DNA of 63,891 nucleotides, the filler included, from Octopus bimaculoides (lineage: Eukaryota): NCBI RefSeq assembly GCF_001194135.2. It is 6 parts of 6 records of this genome, joined end to end, with 100 filler letters (N's around TTAATTAATTAA, not from the genome) between each part and the next. Parts side by side here need not be neighbours in the genome. Positions count along the whole stretch, not along the records: positions 48,959 to 63,891 come from NC_068993.1; 5 more parts are not named here. One strand, given 5' to 3'. Positions 52,800 through 63,891 of the stretch are shown one piece after another. The position numbers and the translations under genes were made by a program. The notes under the pieces are model-generated. The model saw nothing but the letters and a program-made list of their open reading frames with translations. It was not told the origin of the DNA and searched no databases. The first letter of the stretch is position 1. Every line of letters starts with the position of its first letter.

Positions 52800-53945
52800 A
52801 ATTGCTATAATGTGAATACTCAATATTTAGTAAAAACCCTATTAGGCATGTTACTGATCGGATGACCAATATTCTCTTGAGGAATTTCTTGCCAAGTTTC
52901 ATGCAGTAATCTCAAAAGATTTGGCTTTGAAGATGCTTTCTTGTAATTTTGATGGAAGTGTCCTGTCCATTATGTCCCAGAGGTGTTCAATAGGGTTCCA
53001 ATTTTGGTGACTGGCTTGGCCATGGAAACTTGTAAATGCCATTCTCATCCAACAAATCTTGGGTCATTTTAGCCATGTGATATGGAGCTCCATCTTTCAC
53101 AACTAGATAGTCTTCTTTAATTATTTCACCACTGGAGAAGATCGGAAGGAGCACTTTCTGCAATATGGACTCAAATTTATCTGAGTTTACGTTTCCCTCA
53201 CACTCCACCAGTTCTGATAAACTATTGCTCAAAATTACTCCCCTGACCATCATAGAATAGCTTCCGTGTTTCATTGTTGGCTACAAACTTTTAACATCAA
53301 ATTCTTGATCACAGAGTTTCTAGAATCACGTTCAACCAGTGTCAGGAAATACAGCAGTTCTGGACTAATCAGAGAATATGACAGTGTCCCAAAATGCTAG
53401 TGGCCTCTCCACCATCTCACTGGCCCAATATTTTCTCTGCTTGATGTTGGCTGGCCGAGGAAGGGGCTTCCTCTGTTCTGCTCTGCCATAGTAACCAAGA
53501 TTGTGGAGATACCTGACAGTAGTTCTGAGACTGACATCAACTTCTGCTATGTCAGAGGCCACGCAACAAGAATTATCATCCGCAATTCTCTTAACAAAGA
53601 GAAGGGTCATATTAGAGGGCCCTGGTTGATCTGGGCGAGGTGGTGTGAACTTCTTCCCTTCTCTGGTGAATCGCACAATCACTCTATTAACTATAGAAAA
53701 CGGTGTCCCAAGGTTTTCAGCGATGTTATGCTTACTATGTCCACCTTCAGAATGACCCACAATTCGGCCTCTTTGAAAGTCAGACGGTTCCAAGGCTTCT
53801 TTTGTACATGGCATGATTAAATAATCACATATAGGACCTGAAATATAAAAATGTCAATTAAAAAAAATATAAACCTTTACAAATTAGAATGAACATTAAA
53901 CGATGTTTTATGGGGTGTATATTTACTTCTGTCATGTTTCGTGTA
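52800..53945 (-). mobile_element. Tc1-family (DD34E) transposon relic
   Basis: [49 protein letters not shown] then (frameshift) NPIEHLWD. Confidence 0.9.
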
Positions 53946-54743
53946 TGTGTATGTGTATATATCTATATATGCATGCATATATAAACACACACACACACAC
54001 ACACACACACANNNNNNNNNNNNNNNNNNNNNNNNNNNNNNNNNNNNNNNNNNNNNNNNNNNNNNNNNNNNNNNNNNNNNNNNNNNNNNNNNNNNNNNNN
54101 NNNNNNNNNNNNNNNNNNNNNNNNNNNNNNNNNNNNNNNNNNNNNNNNNNNNNNNNNNNNNNNNNNNNNNNNNNNNNNNNNNNNNNNNNNNNNNNNNNNN
54201 NNNNNNNNNNNNNNNNNNNNNNNNNNNNNNNNNNNNNNNNNNNNNNNNNNNNNNNNNNNNNNNNNNNNNNNNNNNNNNNNNNNNNNNNNNNNNNNNNNNN
54301 NNNNNNNNNNNNNNNNNNNNNNNNNNNNNNNNNNNNNNNNNNNNNNNNNNNNNNNNNNNNNNNNNNNNNNNNNNNNNNNNNNNNNNNNNNNNNNNNNNNN
54401 NNNNNNNNNNNNNNNNNNNNNNNNNNNNNNNNNNNNNNNNNNNNNNNNNNNNNNNNNNNNNNNNNNNNNNNNNNNNNNNNNNNNNNNNNNNNNNNNNNNN
54501 NNNNNNNNNNNNNNNNNNNNNNNNNNNNNNNNNNNNNNNNNNNNNNNNNNNNNNNNNNNNNNNNNNNNNNNNNNNNNNNNNNNNNNNNNNNNNNNNNNNN
54601 NNNNNNNNNNNNNNNNNNNNNNNNNNNNNNNNNNNNNNNNNNNNNNNNNNNNNNNNNNNNNNNNNNNNNNNNNNNNNNNNNNNNNNNNNNNNNNNNNNNN
54701 NNNNNNNNNNNNNNNNNNNNNNNNNNNNNNNATGTATGTATAT

Positions 54744-54785
<42 letters not shown>

Positions 54786-57080
54786 AGGTACGTATCTATG
54801 TACAGACATTCATGATTCAGGAATATCTGAAGCATGTAATAATATATATAAATCCATATAGTGGTTCTCGTTCTCGGATCAAAGTCATTCACACATGCTG
54901 GCGATGCGAACTTGAGAAACGAACAAATGTACATATTAGATAGATAGATATATATATATAGATAAATAGGTACATATATGCATGAACATATGCATGAGTG
55001 TGCGTGTATGTGTGTGTATGCATTTAAATGTATGTGTGTATACAAATATCTGAATGTATGTGAGCAAGTCTTATCCCGTCAAACAATCCACCCCCTATTG
55101 TAATTCATGAATGAATAGCTACTTTACAGGCTGTAGATGTCTGAAAGCTTTTAATGTCTAATATAAAATCGTTATTTTAAATTTTCTTTGCAATAATCTC
55201 TTTTATGGTTCAAATTTAAATTACATCGATAAGCATTTTTTATGCATACATCGACAAATTTTATGTGTACGCATATATATCCGTGTTTGCTTGTGTGTGT
55301 GTGTGTGTATGTTTACGTGTGTGTGTGTGCATTTGTGTGTGATGTGCATATGTGTTGAAAACCACACGCACTTATAGGTATTAAGACAGCGAGATAACAC
55401 TCACGAAATACTTCAAGTGACAATACATTTTATCTGCAATTACATTTGTATGAAATCTATAATATATAATATATGACATATGTGTATGCAAATAGGTATG
55501 TTTTATGTCTATACACACACACACACACACACACATATACATACATANNNNNNNNNNNNNNNNNNNNNNNNNNNNNNNNNNNNNNNNNNNNNNNNNNNNN
55601 NNNNNNNNNNNNNNNNNNNNNNNNNNNNNNNNNNNNNNNNNNNNNNNNNNNNNNNNNNNNNNNNNNNNNNNNNNNNNNNNNNNNNNNNNNNNNNNNNNNN
55701 NNNNNNNNNNNNNNNNNNNNNNNNNNNNNNNNNNNNNNNNNNNNNNNNNNNNNNNNNNNNNNNNNNNNNNNNNNNNNNNNNNNNNNNNNNNNNNNNNNNN
55801 NNNNNNNNNNNNNNNNNNNNNNNNNNNNNNNNNNNNNNNNNNNNNNNNNNNNNNNNNNNNNNNNNNNNNNNNNNNNNNNNNNNNNNNNNNNNNNNNNNNN
55901 NNNNNNNNNNNNNNNNNNNNNNNNNNNNNNNNNNNNNNNNNNNNNNNNNNNNNNNNNNNNNNNNNNNNNNNNNNNNNNNNNNNNNNNNNNNNNNNNNNNN
56001 NNNNNNNNNNNNNNNNNNNNNNNNNNNNNNNNNNNNNNNNNNNNNNNNNNNNNNNNNNNNNNNNNNNNNNNNNNNNNNNNNNNNNNNNNNNNNNNNNNNN
56101 NNNNNNNNNNNNNNNNNNNNNNNNNNNNNNNNNNNNNNNNNNNNNNNNNNNNNNNNNNNNNNNNNNNNNNACATATATACACATATATATGTATGCATTT
56201 ATGTATGCATCTAGGTCTACAGGCAGACACTGGAACAGCCATCCAAACGTTCACACATATATGATTACAAGCGTGAATATGTGTGTATATGCTTTTTCTG
56301 TGCCCCTGTCTTTCTGTATTTGTATTTGTATGCGCGTATAATTCTAAGTAGATTCTCATATGCACGTATATTGTGTCATATATAGATCTATAATACTGCA
56401 TATCAACTCATCTAAGCACATATTCTCTAATAAATGGCAACACCCATATCTTACTTCGTTGCAGACATTGCTATATTACCACACCCACCCACGCACGTAC
56501 ACACACACATGTACACAAAGCGTCTGTATGTATGTTTGTGGGAAAGTGTGCCTGTACATTTGTGCACGTGCAATCAATTTTTTTTCAGGGATGGATGAGT
56601 AGTGACCATAACTGTTTGCAAGTCTCCGAGACGGCTGATATCGACCCATGTTAAGATATTTAGTTGAACATCTGAGGGTTAAAACTCGCTGTAAAACAAT
56701 ATGAGCAACGAGATGTGGAGAAATTTAGAGGCTTTTTTTTTTCTTCTGAAGCCCATCTACTGTGCACAGTGATTTCCTTGTGAAATTTAGGAGTGACGGA
56801 GCTGGAGTAACACAATGAGGCAACTTGAGTCGTAAAGGGTTACAGGGAATTAGCTGAGAAGAGCAGCTAGTAATGTGTGCGTGAGTGTGCATGCGTGTGT
56901 GCGTCTCTGTAATTGTCTCTATGTGTGCATCTATATATGTATGTGTACATCTGCATTAATTTACACACAATTTTACAGACAGCGACACAGACAGACTGAG
57001 AGCGACACAGATAGACAGACAGACAGTCACATACACATACACAGACAGACAGACAGACATACAGACAGACAGACAGACAG

Positions 57081-57111
<31 letters not shown>

Positions 57112-59494
57112 CAAACCTAAAAAAAATATCAAAGTGTTATGTCTCAAGCTACTGCTATCTAGCATTCGGATGATCTCTACTCGACTGCTACTCAACAGTT
57201 ACACAACAGGTACTCAACAGTCACTCGACCCTCTACCATGGTCAGACTACTTCTATCTATATGTCTTGGGCGATTCTACTTCTTCGCTTGGAGGCGTCGA
57301 CACAACTAAAAGAAAGACAAGAAAAAAGCAACAAAAGTCAATTGGACGTAAACAGTGAACGCTCAGTGAAGGTTTTTGATGGAAAAATATGAGTAACTCT
57401 TCGATCATGTTCGTAGGAAACAGGGAAAAGGACGAAGGAACAGAGCCCAAGAATATCACGTGTATCATTACATGGTACACAAACAACTGACTCGAAGCTG
57501 GTGAGAGATAGAGATTATGGCTCTTGTAGGCAGGAAAGAGCGAAAATGGCCGTTGATAGTGTGAGTGTGGGTGAAGTGGGTGAGGTGGATGGAAGTATAC
57601 TTGTGTGTGTGTGTGGCGTATATGTGTATATGTATATGTTTTTTTATGTGTGTATATGATGGTAACGAGGAGCGTGTTTACACATGCAGAATTACAACGT
57701 GGGATTGTGTGCCAGCACTAACCAACTTGACATTTTACCACAAACTGTACGTCATTGCATGAAAATGCCCGACACCAACATCGGGAAACATTCTACCTGA
57801 CAATTCGTGTTGGGTTACTGCACCAAATGGTAAAAGCAATGCATTGGTTATACCTTTTGATGAAGTAATTCTACAGCATCAACTGAAAATATCTATACCT
57901 AATACTGCATTGTTTATAACAGAGAGAGAAGTGGCATTGCACAGCCATCAGGGAATATTCTAGCTACTACTGTAGAAGTGTGTAATCTCCTCCCAATGGG
58001 AATATATCTTTTTTTTTCTACTGCAATGCATTTAGACAAATCAGAATAACAAAGACTATATTGTTGCACTAATTACTATGGAGCTTCACACGTATTTTCA
58101 ATGCATCGTGTTATTTTGCTAAGAAGATCGCTACCCACCACATCGCAGTCAAAATGATCCTGTAAGTAGCTCTTCCTAGGCTAAAAAAGAAAAACAAAGG
58201 AAATAAATAATAACAAAACAGTGGTCTTTTGCCAAAGGATTGGCAAGTGTCAGTATGAGAAATAACTCCCCTTCCTCTTATCTAGCTATTCATTTATTTC
58301 CCAATCAAATTGCATTAACATAACATTTTGCACTTACTCTTTGAAAATTCAAAACACTTGTAACAAGAATATAAAAAGAAGATAAATATGATGGAAATAT
58401 AGAGAAAAGTGGGGGAAAGATAACGAAATAAACGGAATGTGAAAATAAATAGATATTAAATTTCTAAAACAGAAATTACTGACTTTGATCTCAATATTCA
58501 TTCTAACTCAGTTTACTTGCTGTGTCAAACGCATACATAGCTGAATATAAACACGCACAAAGAACAAACACTGTATGCCCTCACATGATATCGTGGGTTG
58601 AAAAACATTGATCATTTGAGATTAGCCAAGCAACGTAAACAAAAACTCCCTCTAAGCGCGTTTTGAAAGTCTAAAAATAACAAGCTAGATAAGAAGCAGT
58701 TGATCGGAATGTTGAACAATAGAGATAATACAGACTGGAGTAGATCTGCTTTTGAAAACCAGCTGGAGGAAAACAACGGGGTTGTTTAGGAAGAATTAGG
58801 TGTCTTTAGCGAAGACAATATTCTGCTTGTCTGGAAATGCAAAGACTGATCAGTACAAATACAAATAAACGGGATGTAATTGTACAGATGATAGATATTC
58901 AAAACACGGTCGAGGGATATAATTCAGGGTTATGTTTTAAATATAAAAATACAAATGTACTAATGAATCTCTAAAGAAATTTATATAATACTTATCTGGA
59001 AAAAATTCTGACAAGATTTTCAAGGAAATTAGTACAACAAAGTTACCCTGAAATATCGTTTATATCAAGAAAGAAATTGGAAACTAAAGTAGAAAAAAAA
59101 AAAAAATCTAACACAAAATAAAGCAGAAAAAGAAACAAAAACAAGGATATTACTAAACTGATTAGTTAAATGAAACTTTGGAATCAGATAGATAACTCAA
59201 CTTTGTGGGAATCTAGAAGGCCAATAGGGAAATAGAGCGATAATTTTTAATTTCATTAGACTAACCACTGTACTCCAGTGGTAACAGAGAGAGAGAGAGA
59301 GAGAGACAGAGAGAGAGAGATAAATATATAGTAAGTGCTCTAGGAATTGAGCTGACAACGAGTATTAGTTTCAAATTTTGGCACAAGGCCAGCAATTTCG
59401 CAAGAACCCGCACATACACGCACACAGATAGATGGACAGACAGACAGACAGACAGACAGTGCTCAAAATGTACTTCTTATGTCAATTCTGAAAG

Positions 59495-59610
59495 GATAAA
59501 AGGCAAAGTCGACCTCGGTGGAATTTGAACTCATAATGTAGGAACGGACGAAACGCTGCAAAGCATTTTAACCGGCGTCTTAACGATTCTGCCACTTTGC
59601 TGCCTTTCTG
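59495..59610 (-). mobile_element. tRNA-derived SINE family B
   Basis: AAAGGCAAAGTCGACCTCGGTGGAATTTGAACTCA..TAACGATTCTGCCA. Confidence 0.8.
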
Positions 59611-59768
59611 ACAAAGAATGTTAACACTATACTTCAAGAGACAATAGCTCGTACTGCATACTAGAAATAAATATGACGAGGATGCAGCGAAGCCGATTGT
59701 AAGTATCAAACATACGAAAAAAGTATCCCTACAGAACGTTCTATATTAGGAATATAGAGTGCAGGAAC

Positions 59769-59822
<54 letters not shown>

Positions 59823-60129
59823 CATCTATTCATCCATCCATCTCTCTCTGTATATATATATATATATATANNNNNNNNNNNNNNNNNNNNNNNNNNNNNN
59901 NNNNNNNNNNNNNNNNNNNNNNNNNNNNNNNNNNNNNNNNNNNNNNNNNNNNNNNNNNNNNNNNNNNNNNNNNNNNNNNNNNNNNNNNNNNNNNNNNNNN
60001 NNNNNNNNNNNNNNNNNNNNNNNNNNNNNNNNNNCAGATAATTTTGTCTACAGAATTTCCTCTAGGCGTGATTGAAATTTAAAAATAACAAACGAAGATG
60101 ATTCTGATAGAATCTTTTGATTGAAAATT

Positions 60130-60249
60130 TGGAACTCACCAACGCCGGTTGTCAAGCGGTAATAGGGGTCAAACACAAATGCTACGACACACACACACAC
60201 TCACACACACGCACACACACATACACGACACACACACGCGCACACACAA

Positions 60250-60284
<35 letters not shown>

Positions 60285-60430
60285 TATATATATATACAGG
60301 ATGGGCGTCTTTTAATTTCCATCTTCCAGATCCACTCACAAGGCTTTGGTCTGCCCGAGGCTATATTAGAATACACTCTCGTAAGATGCCACGTAGTGGG
60401 AATGTGGTTGGGAAGCAAGTTTCTACCCAC
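60130..60430 (-). mobile_element. SINE family C, diverged
   Basis: CGGTTGTCAAGCG..CA repeat..ATCCACTCACAAGGCTTTGGTCTGCCCGAGGCTATA. Confidence 0.7.
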
Positions 60431-60827
60431 AGTAATGTTGGCAGGTTCTGTGAGCAAATATCCAAGAATGTGGAAACAGGGGTGGATGCATATAATCATT
60501 ACCGTGAATAAAGCCTCCGTTGTCAAGGTGGAGAGTCTGCCACCACACAGGCACCCTCACCCCGTGAACGCACACAAACACACCCACACGTGATTGCCAA
60601 TAATATGGATTATTATGGGAAACAACTTAGAGCGGTGTTCTGTACACTAAATGCAAATACTAAATAATAAGGTTTCTCATGTATAATAAGGTGATTTAAA
60701 GAATTTTGATCAAGTTAGATTATTTGAGGAATCAGAAGACAAAAGTTTAATCTATCTATCTATTTATCGATCTATCTGTCTGTCTGTTTGTCTGTCTATC
60801 GGGCTGTCTATATATGCACGCATGTAG

Positions 60828-60890
<63 letters not shown>

Positions 60891-61009
60891 CGCACATTTG
60901 TTTTGGAACGTATGCGACAAAGTAGTCAACCGTTTTGAAGTTAACAAAAGATCCCTCCTAAAAACATCACCCGTGCCGAATTTTCAACTTTCTGCAATCT
61001 CTGTAGCCA

Positions 61010-61760
61010 GAACGACGTCGTCATCAAACCACTAAATAAAGGTAACATCATAGTGGGGTGGCGTGCTGATTTTACATGGAGAAAGAGTTCCGGCAGCTTC
61101 GTAGCGTCGCATTTTATCGCCCCCTGCCAGCTGATCCAAACCCTTCCTGTCAGTAGTGCGTGTCACTCACCATCCAGGACCTCGTCTCGTCCTCTTTTCT
61201 TGCCCTTTCCTGCCATTAGGCTCATAGTCCAAACTCCATGTATGTCCACCATCAATTTTCTCTCCCAAATCCATAAACCCAACAACCTTCCTTCCTTCAT
61301 TGATTTTTTTCCTGTAACTGCCCCACTGAACTTATTTCTGAATACCTGAACCTAATCCTTTCCACCGTAGTAGCTTCTCTTCTATTTTATATCCACGATA
61401 CCACTCATCTCTTTGCCTTTTCGATTCCTTTCTCTTCTCTCATAGCTCCTCCCCACCCTCTTTATCACGGACATCAAAATCCGTCTACACCATCATCCCC
61501 GATATGTCGGTCTCCTGGTTATCCAAAACTTCCTCAACCATCGCACTATCGACAAACAGACTCAGTCCAACTGCACTTCTCCGACTCTCTGAACTCGTTG
61601 TCACTCTCAACTGCTTCACGTTATTGCAACTAACCAAAACACGGTTCATTTTGTCACTTTTTCTCATGTATCTCCTCTAATATCATTTCTTGCCTTAAAT
61701 TTTCCTTTTGGCGGCCTTTATATGTTGGACAGTCTGCCCGCCATTTAACCGATATATTTA
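61010..61760 (+). mobile_element. Penelope-like (Poseidon/Neptune-type) reverse transcriptase relic
   Basis: DVVIKPLNKGNIIVGWRAD, FRQL..FYRPLPADP, QIHKPNN, ELISEYLN..YIHDT, LFITDIKSVYTIIP, LLRLSELVVTLNCFT, across frameshifts. Confidence 0.85.
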
Positions 61761-63196
61761 TTAAGCGTTTAGGAAACATCCGTCTCCAGAAGTAAACTCA
61801 TCTTGCCAGACACTTCTGCTCGATGAACCGCTCCACCCACCACTTCACCGTCTTCGGCCTGGCCTTTCACCATGGGTCTACCACAACCGAAATCCGCAAG
61901 GAGTAACAGCGCATCTTCTCATTATGAGATGGATTCAAAACTCCATCTTACAACAGCCACCTTCTTGTAGCGGCTACTTTATTGTAATAGTTTCCAGCTT
62001 CCATTTCTCTCACCAATTACATTTTCATTTCCTCTTCTTTTCCCCTACATTCTGTCTTCACTTATCTTCCACGCCCTCCCACACGCTTACATATATAATT
62101 TACACCCCACCACACACACACTCACACACACACACACACACACTCACACACACGCACAAACACACACACACACACATACGCACACACACACACACACACA
62201 CACGCGCGCGTAAACATATCGTAACCTCGTCTAAAAATCAAAAAAATTCTNNNNNNNNNNACACACATACGCACACACACACACACACACACACGCGCGC
62301 GTAAACATATCGTAACCTCGTCTAAAAATCAAAAAAATTCTCTCTCCGAAACATTCATACGCGCATACGCACATACACACAAACACACACATGTAACGAT
62401 ACGCATGCTTTTCAATGGAATATCCGCTCCTATCTCTGTTATGTCTTCTCTAGAATTTTTCCTCAATCCGACGAACAGTCATGCTTGAAATTTCATTCCT
62501 ACTCCTGTTTATGTCAACTAAAATCTTCAGAACTTCAATCTTATATATTCATTGTGTACGAACAACTGACCTTTGTTTCTACCTGTTTTTATTTTATTTT
62601 ATTTTATTTTTGTTTTGCCAATGTATACATATATATATATATATATACACACGCACAAACATATTTAGAAAGTTTGGGAAAAGATAGAATATAATGCGTA
62701 CAGTGAAAATCAACCTATTAACAATAGAGCTGTTGGTAAAGTACTATATAAGGAATATAATGAGTTAGAATACTCCGATAAAATTTGATAATCTGAGCAC
62801 ATAGTCGACAAAAGCAGCTCTCTATGTTTTCAATATTTAAAAAAAAAACGAGAGATATTTCCAATATGAACAATTGATCGAAAATCGACAAATGACTCCA
62901 TGTAGACGTTTTCCAAGTCTAAATATAGCCAGCTTGGAAGATGTTTCTAATCTGGTCTGGGGATCGAAATTGTCGAGCAAAATCGATAATGCAGAGCGTG
63001 AATGTATTTTCTGAAGCCGAGTCATGGAAGCAACGGCCATATGCCGGAACTTCATTTTGGAGCAAACAATGATTGATTAATATACATACTGATAGACATA
63101 AGTTAGTGTCGTGTCCTATGAGTATCACAAACGGGACAGACGCCTAGAATAAAGTATCTTCATAAAGAAATACAAATACGGTATATATTATCTTTA

Positions 63197-63388
63197 CGAT
63201 GCGGTGCTCAAAAGTTCTTGGATCTAGGGCTACCGAGAAAGGCCTGGTTGGAGGCTCCACCTTCCCAGATACTTTACAGAGCTTGGAAAATCTGCAGTAT
63301 GTGAATCTGGGAGGAGAATATGTTGGATAAAATCATAATTCATTGATTTTATTTTACCGGAAGCCAGAAACATTTCAGCACGCCCTCG
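63197..63388 (+). mobile_element. Mariner-derived MITE
   Basis: Ends CGATGCGGTGCTCAAAAGTTCTTGG and rc CGAGGGCGTGCTGAAATGTTTCTGG; internal remnant resembles a mariner C-terminus (NLGGEYVG*). Confidence 0.65.
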
Positions 63389-63549
63389 TCATAGGACACA
63401 GGTTCGTGTGTCACATAGCTAGCTAGAGGCGATGGCCTCTTGGAGCTAATCAATGGCAGCATTCGTCCTATATTTTGGACTGCCATGTTGGCATGGCGAT
63501 AACTAATAATACCCAGTACAGCTGTTGTACTCTCCTATAGAGAGACTTA

Positions 63550-63622
63550 GAAACGTGATAACAACAAACAAGATGACAACAAATATCCGTCAAATGTAAA
63601 TAATGTACATAATTGCTCATCT
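63550..63622 (+). mobile_element. Tail-only fragment of the hammerhead SINE family
   Basis: GAAACGTGATAACAACAAACAAGATGACAACAAATATCCGTCAAATGTAAATAATGTACATAATT matches 2702-2770. Confidence 0.75.
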
Positions 63623-63891
63623 ATATACTCTGGAAACGCATTAAAGCCCTTTTCGGGACTACTTTATTTGAATTCTTACTATCAGGTAACTAATTTCATA
63701 TTATTACATAACTGACTTCACAGTTTGGGTATTCATAACTTGTAGGTAATTCCTAAAACAAGATCCTGTGCAAGGCTTCCGTACTCACTGTAAATGCAGA
63801 AAAACCGTTTTAAGGGCTACATACTTTGTATTGTTGTTATTGGATTAACGAAAAAATTATGAGAACGGAAACAAGGGAGAAGACCCGCTTT

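Noticed and set aside
57650-57962. Roughly 100-codon plus-strand frame with one internal stop
   Set aside because: No recognisable motif or splice support.
62165-62341. Tandem duplication around a 10-N gap
   Set aside because: Identical sequence on both sides of the gap is typical of unmerged contig overlap.

Overview
AT-rich, gap-riddled animal genomic DNA packed with microsatellites and decayed transposable elements. The repeat content looks like a coleoid cephalopod (Octopus-type) genome; this is inference from sequence character only. Almost all ORFs in the supplied track are microsatellite or N-gap artefacts or TE remnants. Recognisable content: several tRNA-derived SINE families, RTE, CR1-like and R4/NeSL-type (RLE) LINE fragments, two Penelope-like (PLE) fragments (an RT and a GIY-YIG), and Tc1 (DD34E), mariner and rosa/DD41D-type DNA transposon relics. 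No intact bacterial-type systems or intact tRNA/rRNA genes were seen. Highlights: (1) a tRNA-headed SINE carrying a minimal PLE-type hammerhead ribozyme, present as a head-to-head pair at 2.2-2.8 kb; (2) a 457-bp inverted repeat with hammerhead-like cores on both polarities; (3) a 387-bp near-perfect palindrome with Polinton-like AGTAGT...ACTACT ends; (4) a Tc1 transposase with a spliceosomal intron just after the first catalytic D; (5) phase-compatible minus-strand exons that may encode a small hydrophobic host protein. All alignments and folds were done by eye.
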